NCBI RefSeq assembly: GCF_055900595.2
Contig: NZ_CM148325.1
Direction: 5' to 3' (one strand)
Length of the DNA stretch: 64,000 nt
Each line of letters starts with the position of its first letter. The stretch's first letter is position 1. The position numbers and the translations under genes are program-made. The notes below the pieces were generated by a model that was not told the DNA's origin, ran no database searches, and saw nothing but the letters and a program-made list of their open reading frames with translations. Below, piece after piece: positions 23,561-35,215 of the stretch.

Positions 23561-24934
23561 TTACTCCAACCGCGCCTGCGCAAAAGCAATCGCCTGCGCC
23601 ACCTGCTGCGGTGAGACGCCGCCTTTTGCCGCACGCTTGTCGAGGCACGATTGCAGCGACAGAATCGGATAGACATCTTCGCCAATCACCTGACTGAATT
23701 TCTGCAACTCACTGAGCGGCAGATCTTCCAGCGGTTTGCCCTGACGAATGGCTTCCACCACCGCTTCACCAACAATATGGTGCGCCTCGCGGAACGGCAC
23801 ACCTTTCGCCACCAGGTAATCCGCCAGTTCAGTGGCGTTCGCATACCCCTGCTGCGCCGCTTCCTGGCAACGTGGGCGTTTCACCTGAATGCCGTCCAGC
23901 ACCAGCGCCGCCATATGCAGGCAGTCCAGCCAGGTATCGAGCGCGTCGAACAGACCTTCTTTGTCTTCCTGCATATCTTTGTTATAAGCCAGCGGCAAAC
24001 CTTTCAGCGTCATCATCATGCCAGTCAACGCGCCCTGAACACGACCGCATTTACCGCGAATCAGCTCCAGCGCATCCGGGTTTTTCTTCTGCGGCATTAA
24101 TGATGAACCGGAAGTCACGCGATCAGAAAGCTCCACAAAACCCGCTTCGCCGGTGTTAAAGAAAATCAGATCTTCGGCAAAACGCGACAAATGCACCATA
24201 CCGATAGCGGCGGCAGAAAGCAGTTCCAGCACGTGGTCGCGGTCAGAAACGCTGTCGAGACTGTTACGGGTCGCCGAAGCAAAGCCCAGCCAGCCTGCTA
24301 ACTGTTCACGGTCGATTTCATAGGCCGTTCCCGCTAGTGCGCCACAGCCTAACGGGCTGACATCCAGACGCTTAAGCGCATCCTGCAAACGGCTTTCATC
24401 ACGCGCCAGCATCTCAACATAGGCCAGGCACCAGTGCGCGAACGTCACCGGTTGGGCGCGTTGCAGGTGAGTGTAACCTGGCATTACCGCGTCCTGATTG
24501 TTTTGTGCGGTTTCCACCAGCGCCGATTGCAGCTGTCGGTTAGCCGTCAGCAACTCGCTAACGGTATCCTTGCACCACAGTTTCAGATCGGTCGCCACCT
24601 GATCATTACGGCTACGCCCGGTGTGCAGTTTTTTGCCTAACTGGCCCACTTTGTCGATCAGTTTGCCTTCCACCCAGCTATGGATATCTTCGGCGTCGCT
24701 TTCAAGAATTTGTTGTGGCCTGGCGCGAACATCTTCCAGCAGCACATTGAGCGCCTCTTCCAGTTGCACCTGTTCTTCTGCGGTTAACACGCCTACCGTT
24801 ACCAGCGCTTTGGACCAGGCCACAGAGCCAACAATATCCTGCTCCGCCAGACGGTAATCAAAGCGCAGTGAGTCGTTGAATTGTTTAAACCGTTGATCTG
24901 CTGCCTGGGTAAAACGCCCGCCCCAAAGTGCCAT
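23561..24934 (-). CDS. argH: argininosuccinate lyase
   Basis: 457-aa ORF ([44 protein letters not shown]...) with the fumarate-lyase signature [12 protein letters not shown]. Confidence 0.95.
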   Translation of the reverse strand: MALWGGRFTQAADQRFKQFNDSLRFDYRLAEQDIVGSVAWSKALVTVGVLTAEEQVQLEEALNVLLEDVRARPQQILESDAEDIHSWVEGKLIDKVGQLGKKLHTGRSRNDQVATDLKLWCKDTVSELLTANRQLQSALVETAQNNQDAVMPGYTHLQRAQPVTFAHWCLAYVEMLARDESRLQDALKRLDVSPLGCGALAGTAYEIDREQLAGWLGFASATRNSLDSVSDRDHVLELLSAAAIGMVHLSRFAEDLIFFNTGEAGFVELSDRVTSGSSLMPQKKNPDALELIRGKCGRVQGALTGMMMTLKGLPLAYNKDMQEDKEGLFDALDTWLDCLHMAALVLDGIQVKRPRCQEAAQQGYANATELADYLVAKGVPFREAHHIVGEAVVEAIRQGKPLEDLPLSELQKFSQVIGEDVYPILSLQSCLDKRAAKGGVSPQQVAQAIAFAQARLE

Positions 24935-24994
24935 AACTCTGTTTCCTTATTTTGAAATTCAATGCCGGAAAGCTACATCTCCGGCCAACAAAAC

Positions 24995-25771
24995 TTAAGC
25001 TAAAATCCGTGTACCCATCGGCATACCGTTAAACAGTGCCGGAAGCTGTTCCGCATGACGCCAGGAGGCAATATCTACCGGGCGACCCAGTGTGCGCGCA
25101 GCGTCCAGCGCCGCGTTCACTTTCACTATCATGCCGTCAGTAATAATGCCCTGCTCAATCAGTTGTTCTGCTTTCGCTGCGGTCATTTCGGCAATACGTT
25201 GCCCTTTGCCGTCGAGAATACCGCTGACATCAGAGAGCAAAATCAGATCCGCGCCCAGCGTTGCCGCCAGCGCCGTCGCCGCCTGGTCAGCATTGACGTT
25301 CATCAGTTGCCCTTCGTCCGTTACGCCAATGGAGCTGACCACTGGTAGATAACCGTTTTCCAGCAACGTGTTGATAAGCTTAGGCGAACCTGGCTGCGCC
25401 AGTCCAACATGGCCTAACTCTTCATCGAGCTGGGTCACTTTTACGCTGTCGCCGTCGCCAAGAAACAAACCTACGGCTGCAATCTGATGTTTCTTCGCCC
25501 ATGCCAGCAGGGTTTTATTTGCCGTTCCCGCCAGCGCTCCGGTGATAATGTCTATCTGATCCGCAGGCGTCACCCGCAGGCCGTTTTTCTTTTTCACCGG
25601 CAGATTCAGTCCTTTCATCAGCTCATCCACCACGCAGCCGCCGCCGTGGACAATCACCAGCGGACGCTGATGTGACTCGCGATAATTCACCAGGGCGCTA
25701 AACAGACGTTCCAGCGCCTCTTCACTATCCAGCAGTACGCCGCCCAGTTTGATAATTAATGGATTCATCAT
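24995..25771 (-). CDS. argB: acetylglutamate kinase
   Basis: ORF 24995..25804; the internal start [20 protein letters not shown] gives 258 aa, the length I recall for ArgB. Confidence 0.93.
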   Translation of the reverse strand: MMNPLIIKLGGVLLDSEEALERLFSALVNYRESHQRPLVIVHGGGCVVDELMKGLNLPVKKKNGLRVTPADQIDIITGALAGTANKTLLAWAKKHQIAAVGLFLGDGDSVKVTQLDEELGHVGLAQPGSPKLINTLLENGYLPVVSSIGVTDEGQLMNVNADQAATALAATLGADLILLSDVSGILDGKGQRIAEMTAAKAEQLIEQGIITDGMIVKVNAALDAARTLGRPVDIASWRHAEQLPALFNGMPMGTRILA

Positions 25772-25778
25772 TGCACCC

Positions 25779-26783
25779 CTAAATAAGAGACTGCGTTTCC
25801 GCATAGCCGAAACGAATATTGGCGCACTGTACCGCTTGTGCTGCCGCGCCTTTCAATAAGTTGTCTTCGGTCGCCACAATAATCAGATGTTCCCCCTGAA
25901 CGGCAAAACCGATATCGCAGAACGGCAGCCCGACGACATTTTTCAGCGCCGGAACGCCTTTGTCATACAACCGTACCAGCGGTTTATGGGCATACGCCTG
26001 CTGTAACGCTTGCGCGACTTGCGCCTGGTTCACGCCTGGCTTCAGGCGGCAGGTAATGGTTTCGAGAATGCCGCGCGGGAAATTGCCCAGATGCGGGGTA
26101 AAAATAACGTCAGCACCGAGATGCGTGGCGATCTCCGGCTGGTGGCGATGGGTAAAGACACCATACGGTTGCAGGCTAACTTCACAAAAACTATTTGAAA
26201 TCGCTGCCTTACGTCCTGCTCCGCTCACACCACTGGTGGCGTTGATAACCGGCCACTGATTGAGGTCAAGAAGATCGGCATCAATCAACGGTTTCAGCGC
26301 CAATTGCGCCGCCGTCGGATAACAGCCAGGCACCGCAATTAAGTTCGCTTCTTTTAATTTATGACCGCACCACTCCGCCAGACCGTAAGCTGCCTGTTCC
26401 AACAGTTCCGGGTATTGATGGCTAAAGCCGTAATATTTTTCATAGAAGGTGGCGTCGTTAACACGAAACGCGCCGGAAAGGTCGAACACCACACAGCCCG
26501 CTTCAAGAAATTGTGGCGCTAAATCGTGACTAACTTCATGGGCAGTAGCAAGAAACACCACGTCCACCCCTGGGCTAAACTCACTGATATCCGACATCGG
26601 CTGCAACGGCAGATCAACGATGCCTTTTAGCTGCGGATGCAAATCGGAGATTAACTTTCCCGCATCATTGCTTTGCGCTGAAACAGTCAAAGCGGTTATG
26701 TTCATATGCGGATGGCGATTTACATAGGTCACTAGCTCTGCGCCAGCGTAACCGCTGGCACCCACAATCAGCGTATTCAACAT
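25779..26783 (-). CDS. argC: N-acetyl-gamma-glutamyl-phosphate reductase
   Basis: 334-aa ORF ([27 protein letters not shown]...) with the catalytic Cys region (PGCYPTAA). Confidence 0.95.
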   Translation of the reverse strand: MLNTLIVGASGYAGAELVTYVNRHPHMNITALTVSAQSNDAGKLISDLHPQLKGIVDLPLQPMSDISEFSPGVDVVFLATAHEVSHDLAPQFLEAGCVVFDLSGAFRVNDATFYEKYYGFSHQYPELLEQAAYGLAEWCGHKLKEANLIAVPGCYPTAAQLALKPLIDADLLDLNQWPVINATSGVSGAGRKAAISNSFCEVSLQPYGVFTHRHQPEIATHLGADVIFTPHLGNFPRGILETITCRLKPGVNQAQVAQALQQAYAHKPLVRLYDKGVPALKNVVGLPFCDIGFAVQGEHLIIVATEDNLLKGAAAQAVQCANIRFGYAETQSLI

Positions 26784-26870
26784 CGGGGCTATTCACCTTC
26801 TTATGTCTGGTTGCCTGGTTAAACGTAAAACATTCACCTTACGGCTGGTGGGTTTTATTACGCTCAACGT

Positions 26871-26916
26871 TAGTGTATTTTTATTCACAAATACTGCATG
26901 AATATTGATACTATCA
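26871..26916. promoter_or_regulatory. ARG boxes (ArgR operator) in the divergent argE/argCBH control region
   Basis: Tandem ARG-box-like sequences (TGTATTTTTATTCACA and TGCATGAATATTGATACT) between the argC and argE starts. Confidence 0.75.
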
Positions 26917-26936
26917 TGACCAGAGGTGTGTCAACA

Positions 26937-28088
26937 ATGAAAAACAAATTACCGCCATTTATCGAGATTTACCGTGCTCTGATTGCCACACCTTCAATAA
27001 GCGCCACGGAAGAGGCACTCGATCAAAGCAATGCAGATTTAATCACTCTGCTGGCGGACTGGTTTAAAGATTTGGGCTTCAATGTGGAAGTGCAGCCCGT
27101 GCCGGGAACTCGCAACAAATTTAATATGCTAGCCAGTTGCGGACAGGGAGCTGGCGGTTTGCTGCTGGCGGGGCATACCGATACGGTGCCATTTGATGAC
27201 GGCCGCTGGACGCGCGATCCGTTTACGCTGACGGAGCATGACGGCAAGCTTTACGGCTTAGGCACCGCCGACATGAAAGGCTTTTTTGCGTTTATCCTCG
27301 ATGCACTACGCGATGTCGACGTCACGAAACTGAAAAAACCGCTCTACATTCTGGCGACTGCCGATGAAGAGACCAGTATGGCAGGAGCGCGTTATTTTGC
27401 CGAAACTACCGCCCTGCGCCCGGATTGCGCCATCATTGGCGAACCGACGTCGCTGCAACCGGTACGCGCGCATAAAGGCCATATCTCGAACGCCATCCGT
27501 ATTCAGGGCCAGTCGGGGCACTCCAGCGATCCAGCACGCGGAGTTAACGCGATCGAATTGATGCACGACGCCATCGGGCATATTTTGCAATTGCGCGATA
27601 ACCTGAAAGAACGTTATCACTACGAAGCATTTACCGTGCCATACCCTACGCTCAACCTCGGGCATATTCACGGTGGCGATGCATCTAACCGTATTTGCGC
27701 TTGCTGTGAGTTGCATATGGATATTCGTCCGCTGCCAGGCATGACACTCAATGAACTTAATGGTTTGCTCAACGATGCATTGGCTCCGGTGAGCGAACGC
27801 TGGCCGGGTCGTCTGACGGTCGACGAGCTGCATCCACCGATCCCTGGCTATGAATGCCCACCGAATCATCAACTGGTTGAAGTGGTTGAGAAATTGCTCG
27901 GAGCAAAGACCGAAGTAGTGAACTACTGTACCGAAGCGCCGTTTATTCAGACGTTATGCCCGACGCTGGTGCTGGGACCTGGCTCAATTAATCAGGCTCA
28001 TCAGCCTGATGAATACCTGGAGACACGGTTTATCAAGCCCACCCGCGAACTGATCACCCAGGTGATTCACCATTTCTGCTGGCATTAA
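26937..28088 (+). CDS. argE: acetylornithine deacetylase
   Basis: ORF 26898..28088; the internal start [22 protein letters not shown] gives 383 aa, the length I recall for ArgE (M20 peptidase family). Confidence 0.93.
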   Translation: MKNKLPPFIEIYRALIATPSISATEEALDQSNADLITLLADWFKDLGFNVEVQPVPGTRNKFNMLASCGQGAGGLLLAGHTDTVPFDDGRWTRDPFTLTEHDGKLYGLGTADMKGFFAFILDALRDVDVTKLKKPLYILATADEETSMAGARYFAETTALRPDCAIIGEPTSLQPVRAHKGHISNAIRIQGQSGHSSDPARGVNAIELMHDAIGHILQLRDNLKERYHYEAFTVPYPTLNLGHIHGGDASNRICACCELHMDIRPLPGMTLNELNGLLNDALAPVSERWPGRLTVDELHPPIPGYECPPNHQLVEVVEKLLGAKTEVVNYCTEAPFIQTLCPTLVLGPGSINQAHQPDEYLETRFIKPTRELITQVIHHFCWH

Positions 28089-28091
28089 AAC

Positions 28092-28142
28092 GTAGGCCAA
28101 ACAATGTCGGATGCGATGCTTGCGCATCTTATCCGACCTACA
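28092..28142. repeat. REP (repetitive extragenic palindromic) element
   Basis: GTAGGCCAAACAATGTCGGATGCGATGCTTGCGCATCTTATCCGACCTAC, an imperfect palindrome of the REP type just downstream of argE. Confidence 0.7.
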
Positions 28143-28389
28143 CCTTTGGTGTTACTCAAGGCGATTTTTTAACATTTCCATAAGTTACGCTTATTTAAAG
28201 CGTCGTGAATTTAATGGCGTAAATTCCTGCTATTTATTCGTTTGCTGAAGCGATTTCGCAGCATTTGACGTCATCGCTTTTACGTGGCTTTATAAAAGAC
28301 GACGAAAAGCAAAGCCCGAGCATATTCGCGCCAATGCGACGTGAAGGATACAGGGCTATCAAACGATAAGATGGGGTGTCTGGGGTAAT

Positions 28390-31041
28390 ATGAACGAACA
28401 ATATTCCGCATTGCGTAGTAATGTCAGTATGCTCGGCAAAGTGCTGGGGGAAACCATCAAGGATGCGTTGGGAGAACACATTCTTGAACGCGTAGAAACT
28501 ATCCGTAAGTTGTCCAAATCTTCACGCGCTGGCAATGATGCTAACCGCCAGGAGTTGCTCACCACTTTACAAAATTTGTCGAACGACGAGCTGCTGCCCG
28601 TTGCGCGTGCGTTTAGTCAGTTCCTGAACCTGGCTAACACCGCCGAGCAATACCATAGCATTTCGCCGAAAGGCGAAGCAGCCAGCAATCCGGAAGTGAT
28701 CGCCCGCACCCTGCGTAAACTGAAAAACCAGCCGGAACTGAGCGAAGACACCATCAAAAAAGCAGTTGAATCGCTGTCGCTGGAACTGGTCCTCACGGCT
28801 CACCCAACCGAAATTACCCGTCGTACGCTGATCCACAAAATGGTGGAAGTGAACGCCTGCTTAAAACAGCTCGACAACAAAGATATCGCCGACTACGAAC
28901 ATAACCAACTGATGCGCCGCCTGCGCCAGTTGATCGCCCAGTCATGGCATACCGATGAAATCCGTAAGCTGCGCCCAAGCCCGGTAGATGAGGCCAAATG
29001 GGGCTTTGCCGTAGTAGAAAACAGCCTGTGGCAAGGCGTACCGAATTACCTGCGCGAACTGAACGAACAACTGGAAGAGAACCTCGGCTACAAACTACCC
29101 GTCGAATTTGCTCCGGTGCGTTTTACCTCGTGGATGGGCGGCGACCGCGACGGAAACCCGAACGTCACTGCCGATATCACCCGCCACGTCCTGCTGCTCA
29201 GCCGCTGGAAAGCCACCGATCTGTTCCTGAAAGATATTCAAGTTCTGGTTTCTGAACTGTCGATGGTTGAAGCAACTCCGGAACTGCTGGCGCTGGTCGG
29301 CGAAGAAGGTGCCGCAGAACCGTATCGCTATCTGATGAAAAACCTGCGTTCCCGCTTGATGGCGACACAGGCATGGCTGGAAGCGCGCCTGAAAGGTGAA
29401 GAAGTACCAAAACCAGAGGGTCTGCTGACGCAGAACGAAGAACTGTGGGAGCCGCTCTACGCTTGCTACCAGTCCCTTCAGGCGTGTGGCATGGGTATTA
29501 TTGCCAACGGCGATCTGCTCGACACCCTGCGCCGCGTGAAATGTTTCGGTGTACCGCTGGTCCGTATTGATATCCGTCAGGAGAGCACCCGTCATACCGA
29601 AGCGCTGGGCGAACTGACCCGCTACCTCGGCATCGGCGACTACGAAAGCTGGTCAGAGGCCGACAAACAGGCGTTCCTGATCCGCGAACTGAACTCCAAA
29701 CGCCCTCTTCTGCCGCGTAACTGGCAACCGAGCGCCGAAACGCGCGAAGTACTTGATACCTGTCAGGTAATTGCTGAAGCACCGCAAGGTTCCATTGCCG
29801 CCTACGTGATCTCGATGGCAAAAACGCCGTCCGACGTACTGGCTGTACACCTGCTGCTGAAAGAAGCGGGTATTGGATTTGCGATGCCGGTTGCACCGCT
29901 GTTTGAAACCCTTGATGACCTGAACAACGCCAACGATGTCATGACCCAGTTGCTCAATATCGACTGGTATCGCGGCCTGATTCAGGGCAAACAGATGGTG
30001 ATGATTGGCTATTCCGACTCAGCAAAAGATGCGGGGGTGATGGCGGCTTCCTGGGCGCAATATCAGGCACAGGATGCATTAATCAAAACCTGCGAAAAAG
30101 CGGGTATTGAACTGACGCTGTTCCACGGCCGCGGCGGTTCCATTGGTCGCGGCGGCGCACCTGCCCATGCGGCGCTGCTGTCACAACCGCCAGGAAGCCT
30201 GAAAGGCGGCCTTCGCGTGACCGAACAGGGCGAGATGATCCGCTTTAAATATGGTCTGCCAGAAATCACCGTTAGCAGCCTGTCGCTGTACACCGGGGCA
30301 ATTCTGGAAGCCAACCTGCTGCCACCGCCGGAGCCGAAAGAGAGCTGGCGTCGCATTATGGATGAACTGTCAGTCATCTCCTGCGATCTCTACCGTGGCT
30401 ACGTACGTGAAAACAAAGATTTTGTGCCGTACTTCCGCTCCGCTACGCCGGAACAAGAGCTGGGCAAACTGCCGTTGGGTTCACGTCCGGCGAAACGTCG
30501 CCCGACCGGCGGCGTCGAGTCACTGCGCGCCATTCCGTGGATTTTTGCCTGGACACAAAACCGCCTGATGCTCCCCGCCTGGCTGGGTGCAGGTACGGCG
30601 CTGCAAAAAGTGGTCGAAGATGGCAAGCAGAGCGAACTGGAAGCCATGTGCCGCGACTGGCCATTCTTCTCGACGCGTCTCGGCATGCTGGAGATGGTCT
30701 TCGCCAAAGCAGACCTGTGGCTGGCGGAATACTATGATCAACGTCTGGTAGACAAAGCATTGTGGCCGTTAGGTAAAGAGTTACGTAATCTGCAAGAAGA
30801 AGACATCAAAGTGGTGCTGGCGATTGCCAACGATTCTCACCTGATGGCCGATCTGCCGTGGATTGCGGAGTCTATTCAGCTGCGAAATATTTACACCGAC
30901 CCACTGAACGTATTGCAGGCCGAGTTGCTGCACCGCTCCCGCCAGGCAGAAAAAGAAGGCCAGGAACCGGATCCTCGCGTCGAGCAAGCGTTAATGGTTA
31001 CTATTGCCGGGATTGCGGCAGGTATGCGTAATACCGGCTAA
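28390..31041 (+). CDS. ppc: phosphoenolpyruvate carboxylase
   Basis: 883-aa ORF ([30 protein letters not shown]...) with the PEPC active-site motifs VLTAHPTE and [10 protein letters not shown], and C-terminal ...MRNTG. Confidence 0.97.
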   Translation: MNEQYSALRSNVSMLGKVLGETIKDALGEHILERVETIRKLSKSSRAGNDANRQELLTTLQNLSNDELLPVARAFSQFLNLANTAEQYHSISPKGEAASNPEVIARTLRKLKNQPELSEDTIKKAVESLSLELVLTAHPTEITRRTLIHKMVEVNACLKQLDNKDIADYEHNQLMRRLRQLIAQSWHTDEIRKLRPSPVDEAKWGFAVVENSLWQGVPNYLRELNEQLEENLGYKLPVEFAPVRFTSWMGGDRDGNPNVTADITRHVLLLSRWKATDLFLKDIQVLVSELSMVEATPELLALVGEEGAAEPYRYLMKNLRSRLMATQAWLEARLKGEEVPKPEGLLTQNEELWEPLYACYQSLQACGMGIIANGDLLDTLRRVKCFGVPLVRIDIRQESTRHTEALGELTRYLGIGDYESWSEADKQAFLIRELNSKRPLLPRNWQPSAETREVLDTCQVIAEAPQGSIAAYVISMAKTPSDVLAVHLLLKEAGIGFAMPVAPLFETLDDLNNANDVMTQLLNIDWYRGLIQGKQMVMIGYSDSAKDAGVMAASWAQYQAQDALIKTCEKAGIELTLFHGRGGSIGRGGAPAHAALLSQPPGSLKGGLRVTEQGEMIRFKYGLPEITVSSLSLYTGAILEANLLPPPEPKESWRRIMDELSVISCDLYRGYVRENKDFVPYFRSATPEQELGKLPLGSRPAKRRPTGGVESLRAIPWIFAWTQNRLMLPAWLGAGTALQKVVEDGKQSELEAMCRDWPFFSTRLGMLEMVFAKADLWLAEYYDQRLVDKALWPLGKELRNLQEEDIKVVLAIANDSHLMADLPWIAESIQLRNIYTDPLNVLQAELLHRSRQAEKEGQEPDPRVEQALMVTIAGIAAGMRNTG

Positions 31042-31057
31042 TCTTCCCCCCTCCTGC

Positions 31058-31087
31058 AAACCCTCGTGCTTTTGCGCGAGGGTTTTC
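31058..31087 (+). terminator. ppc intrinsic terminator
   Basis: Hairpin CCCTCGTGC-TTTT-GCGCGAGGG followed by a T-run, just after the ppc stop codon. Confidence 0.7.
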
Positions 31088-31224
31088 TGAAATACTTCTG
31101 TTCTAACACCCTCGTTTTCAATATATTTCTGTCTGCATTTTATTCAAATTCTGGATATCCCTTCAGATATCCTTAAGGAATTGTCGTTACATTCGGCGAT
31201 ATTTTTTCAAGACAGGTTCTTACT

Positions 31225-32958
31225 ATGCATTCCACAGAAGTCCAGGCTAAACCTCTTTTTAGCTGGAAAGCCCTGGGTTGGGCACTGCTCTACTTTTGGT
31301 TTTTCTCTACCTTGCTACAGGCCATTATTTACATCAGTGGTTATAGTGGCACTAACGGCATTCGCGACTCGCTGTTATTCAGTTCGCTGTGGTTGATCCC
31401 GGTATTCCTCTTTCCGAAGCGGATTAAAATTATTGCCGCAGTAATCGGCGTAGTGCTATGGGCGGCCTCTCTGGCAGCGCTGTGCTACTACGTCATCTAC
31501 GGTCAGGAGTTCTCGCAGAGCGTTCTGTTTGTGATGTTCGAAACCAACACCAACGAAGCCAGCGAGTATTTAAGCCAGTATTTCAGCCTGAAAATTGTGC
31601 TTATCGCGCTGGCCTATACGGCGGTGGCAGTTCTGCTGTGGACACGCCTGCGCCCGGTCTATATTCCAAAGCCGTGGCGTTATGTTGTCTCTTTTGCCCT
31701 GCTTTATGGCTTGATTCTGCATCCGATCGCCATGAATACGTTTATCAAAAACAAGCCGTTTGAGAAAACGTTGGATAACCTGGCATCGCGTATGGAGCCT
31801 GCCGCACCGTGGCAATTCCTGACCGGCTATTATCAGTATCGTCAGCAACTAAACTCGCTAACAAAGCTACTGAATGAAAATAATGCCTTGCCGCCGCTGG
31901 CTAATTTCAAAGATGAATCGGGTAACGAACCGCGCACCTTAGTGCTGGTGATTGGCGAGTCGACCCAGCGTGGACGCATGAGTCTGTACGGTTATCCGCG
32001 TGAAACCACGCCGGAGCTGGATGCGCTGCATAAAACCGATCCGAATCTGACCGTGTTTAATAACGTGGTGACGTCTCGTCCGTACACCATTGAAATCCTG
32101 CAACAGGCGCTGACTTTTGCCAATGAAAAGAACCCGGATCTGTATCTGACGCAGCCGTCGCTGATGAACATGATGAAACAGGCGGGTTATAAAACCTTCT
32201 GGATCACCAACCAGCAGACGATGACCGCCCGCAATACCATGCTGACGGTATTTTCGCGCCAGACCGACAAGCAGTACTACATGAACCAGCAACGTACGCA
32301 GAGTGCGCGTGAATACGACACCAACGTGCTGAAGCCGTTCCAGGAAGTACTGAATGACCCTGCGCCGAAGAAACTGATCATCGTTCATCTGCTGGGTACG
32401 CATATCAAATACAAATACCGCTACCCGGAAAATCAGGGCAAGTTTGATGGCAATACCGATCATGTTCCGCCGGGACTAAGCGCAGAAGAGCTGGAGTCAT
32501 ATAACGATTATGATAACGCTAACCTGTATAACGATCATGTGGTTGCCAGCCTGATTAAAGACTTTAAAGCAGCAGACCCGAACGGTTTCCTGGTTTACTT
32601 CTCTGACCACGGTGAAGAGGTTTACGACACGCCACCGCACAAAACTCAGGGGCGTAATGAAGACAATCCGACGCGCCACATGTACACCATTCCGTTCCTG
32701 CTGTGGACGTCAGAAAAATGGCAAGCGACTCATCCGCGTGATTTCTCGCAGGATGTTGATCGTAAATACAGCCTGGCGGAACTGATCCACACCTGGTCAG
32801 ATTTGGCGGGCTTATCTTACGACGGTTACGATCCAACCCGTTCAGTGGTGAATCCGCAGTTCAAAGAAACTACCCGCTGGATTGGTAACCCGTATAAGAA
32901 AAACGCACTGATCGATTACGACACTCTGCCGTATGGCGATCAGGTGGGTAATCAGTAA
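31225..32958 (+). CDS. eptC: phosphoethanolamine transferase (LPS core heptose modification)
   Basis: 577-aa ORF with an N-terminal five-TM domain and a C-terminal sulfatase-like domain (LVLVIGESTQRGRMSLYGY); syntenic position of yijP/eptC. Confidence 0.9.
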   Translation: MHSTEVQAKPLFSWKALGWALLYFWFFSTLLQAIIYISGYSGTNGIRDSLLFSSLWLIPVFLFPKRIKIIAAVIGVVLWAASLAALCYYVIYGQEFSQSVLFVMFETNTNEASEYLSQYFSLKIVLIALAYTAVAVLLWTRLRPVYIPKPWRYVVSFALLYGLILHPIAMNTFIKNKPFEKTLDNLASRMEPAAPWQFLTGYYQYRQQLNSLTKLLNENNALPPLANFKDESGNEPRTLVLVIGESTQRGRMSLYGYPRETTPELDALHKTDPNLTVFNNVVTSRPYTIEILQQALTFANEKNPDLYLTQPSLMNMMKQAGYKTFWITNQQTMTARNTMLTVFSRQTDKQYYMNQQRTQSAREYDTNVLKPFQEVLNDPAPKKLIIVHLLGTHIKYKYRYPENQGKFDGNTDHVPPGLSAEELESYNDYDNANLYNDHVVASLIKDFKAADPNGFLVYFSDHGEEVYDTPPHKTQGRNEDNPTRHMYTIPFLLWTSEKWQATHPRDFSQDVDRKYSLAELIHTWSDLAGLSYDGYDPTRSVVNPQFKETTRWIGNPYKKNALIDYDTLPYGDQVGNQ

Positions 32959-32977
32959 TTATCAGCCAAGTGCTATT

Positions 32978-33030
32978 TGCCGGATGCGACGCTTGACGCG
33001 TCTTATCCGGCCTACAGATCGCGGCGGTAG
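32978..33030. repeat. REP element
   Basis: TGCCGGATGCGACGCTTGACGCGTCTTATCCGGCCTACA, canonical REP consensus, followed by a partial second unit. Confidence 0.75.
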
Positions 33031-33155
33031 GCCAGATAAAGCGACTGAAACTGCCGCAATGTTTACATCGCACTCCCATCAGGCCACACTTTTCAGGTGG
33101 CCTTTTTTCATAATGCCAGTTACTGTTTTCCCGTCTATGTACCTAAGGGAATAAC

Positions 33156-34007
33156 ATGTATCACGACGTCAGCTATCTGCTCTCCCGCCTGATCAACGGC
33201 CCGCTGTCCCTGCGCCAGATTTACTTTGCCAGCAGCAACGGCCCGGTGCCCGATCTTGCGTATCAGGTCGATTTTCCACGGCTGGAAATTGTGCTGGAAG
33301 GTGAGTTTGTTGATACCGGCGCTGGAGCAACGTTAGTTCCCGGCGATGTGCTGTACGTTCCCGCTGGTGGCTGGAATTTTCCACAATGGCAAGCCCCCGC
33401 CACTACCTTTAGCGTGCTGTTTGGCAAACAGCAACTCGGCTTCAGCGTCGTGCAATGGGATGGCAAACAATATCAAAATCTGGCGAAGCAACACGTCGCC
33501 CGACGCGGCCCGCGCATTGGTTCTTTTCTGCTACAAACGCTCAATGAAATGCAAATGCAGTCGCAGGAGCAGCAAACGGCCAGACTTATCGTCGCTAGCC
33601 TGCTTAGCCACTGCCGCGATTTGCTCGGCAGCCAAATCCAGACCGCCTCACGTAGCCAGGCACTATTTGAAGCTATTCGCGATTATATCGACGAACACTA
33701 TGCCACCGCGCTTACCCGCGAATCTGTCGCACAGGCGTTCTATATTTCGCCAAATTACCTCTCGCACCTGTTTCAAAAAACGGGGGCCATTGGTTTTAAC
33801 GAATACCTGAATCACACGCGACTGGAACACGCTAAGACGTTATTGAAAGGCTATGACCTGAAGGTAAAAGAAGTGGCGCACGCCTGCGGCTTTGTTGACA
33901 GCAACTACTTCTGCCGTCTGTTTCGTAAAAACACCGAACGCTCGCCGTCGGAATATCGTCGGCAGTACCACAGCCAACTGACAGAAAAACCGACTACTCC
34001 AGAATAA
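33156..34007 (+). CDS. yijO: AraC/XylS-family transcriptional regulator
   Basis: 283-aa ORF with an N-terminal cupin-like domain and a C-terminal AraC HTH; its 3' end overlaps frwD by 14 nt (convergent). Confidence 0.88.
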   Translation: MYHDVSYLLSRLINGPLSLRQIYFASSNGPVPDLAYQVDFPRLEIVLEGEFVDTGAGATLVPGDVLYVPAGGWNFPQWQAPATTFSVLFGKQQLGFSVVQWDGKQYQNLAKQHVARRGPRIGSFLLQTLNEMQMQSQEQQTARLIVASLLSHCRDLLGSQIQTASRSQALFEAIRDYIDEHYATALTRESVAQAFYISPNYLSHLFQKTGAIGFNEYLNHTRLEHAKTLLKGYDLKVKEVAHACGFVDSNYFCRLFRKNTERSPSEYRRQYHSQLTEKPTTPE

Positions 34008-34335
34008 GGTGGGTTTGCTGCGGCGCAGAAAGCACTTTGCGCACCGCGCTCATTACCCGCTGCGGCTCACGCAGGAATGCGTAGATGCTGCATTGCACAT
34101 AGCGGCAATGTTCAAATCGCTCGGCACCGGCAAGCTCGATATCCGTAATTAACAGCGCAACATCCGCCCGACGGATATCCTCGTCCGCTAAACGATTCTC
34201 CGTCCCCAGCGCGCCCTGAGTTTCAATGCTGACGCCCCACTTCTCTATCTGGCACAACTTTTCCAGCCGTTCCGCCGCCATATAAGTATGCGCCACGCCA
34301 CTGACACAGGCGGTTACTGCCACCAGGTATGCCAT
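33994..34335 (-). CDS. frwD: PTS fructose-like EIIB component
   Basis: ORF 33994..34398; the internal start MAYLVAVTACVSGVAHTYMAAE gives 113 aa, the length I recall for FrwD, with the phosphorylatable Cys in the CVSGVAHTYMAAE motif. Confidence 0.9.
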   Translation of the reverse strand: MAYLVAVTACVSGVAHTYMAAERLEKLCQIEKWGVSIETQGALGTENRLADEDIRRADVALLITDIELAGAERFEHCRYVQCSIYAFLREPQRVMSAVRKVLSAPQQTHLILE

Positions 34336-34336
34336 T

Positions 34337-35215
34337 TTAACCTCCCACGGTAACCTGAAATCCGGCCCGTTCTGCCATTTCGCGCATCGTTGCCACATCG
34401 GCTGACGACGGCGCTGGCACCTCTTTCATCGACCATGTTTTCCCCAGCAGACGGTATTTTGGTTCGCCGTACTGGTGAAACGGTAACAGATGGATCTGCC
34501 TGATATTCAGCGGGATCAGCACGTCCAGCGCCTGCTGCATATTCTCCCGGCTGAGTGTGAAACCAGGGATCAGCGGTAAACGCGGGGTCACGTTGACACC
34601 CTCACTCACCAGCAAACGCAAGTTCTCCAGCACGCGTGGCAGGTTCATCTTCACCACATCCCGCGCCTGAGTCACGTCCATAATTTTTAAATCGAACAAC
34701 ACTTCATCGCACAATTTCGCCAGCGGTAACAACTTGCTGGCTGGCGCGTCTCCGGCAGTTTCGATGGCGCATGACACACCCCATAGCCGCAGTCGCTGTA
34801 AAAAACGGGTCGCAAACTCCGCCTGCATTAACACTTCGCCGCCAGAAAGCGTGACGCCACCGCCGGACGCGCGAAAGAAAATGTCATCTTTCATCACTTC
34901 CCGCTCCAGCGCGTCAAGGCTGATATCGCGACCAATCCGTTCAAACGCGCCGGAGGGGCATTCATCCGCATCACGCAAACATTTTGCGCAGTGCAGGCAT
35001 TTCGCCTCTCTGCGCACCGTCTGGATTTTGCCGGAGATCGACTCCGGATTAGCACACCACGGGCAAAGATGCGGGCAGCCTTTAAAAAAGACCACCGTGC
35101 GGATGCCCTCACCGTCATTCAGTGAATAACGCTGAATGTTGAAAATGCGCGCCACGTCATCGCGGCGCGTTTCTACAACGTTACAGCTGATGTGCTGTCC
35201 GGCGGATGATGTCAT
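34337..35215 (-). CDS. pflC: glycyl-radical enzyme activating protein (radical SAM)
   Basis: ORF 34337..35242; the internal start MTSSAGQHISCNV gives 292 aa, the length I recall for PflC. Radical-SAM CPHLCPWC motif plus additional Cys clusters. Confidence 0.9.
   Translation of the reverse strand: MTSSAGQHISCNVVETRRDDVARIFNIQRYSLNDGEGIRTVVFFKGCPHLCPWCANPESISGKIQTVRREAKCLHCAKCLRDADECPSGAFERIGRDISLDALEREVMKDDIFFRASGGGVTLSGGEVLMQAEFATRFLQRLRLWGVSCAIETAGDAPASKLLPLAKLCDEVLFDLKIMDVTQARDVVKMNLPRVLENLRLLVSEGVNVTPRLPLIPGFTLSRENMQQALDVLIPLNIRQIHLLPFHQYGEPKYRLLGKTWSMKEVPAPSSADVATMREMAERAGFQVTVGG

Noticed and set aside
28567-30987. Numerous antisense and alternative-frame ORFs inside ppc (for example 29095..29595, 29498..29896, 30063..30377, 30443..30760)
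   Set aside because: ppc is a long GC-rich gene in which stop codons are sparse in the other frames; the translations are Arg/Pro/Ala-rich with no motifs.
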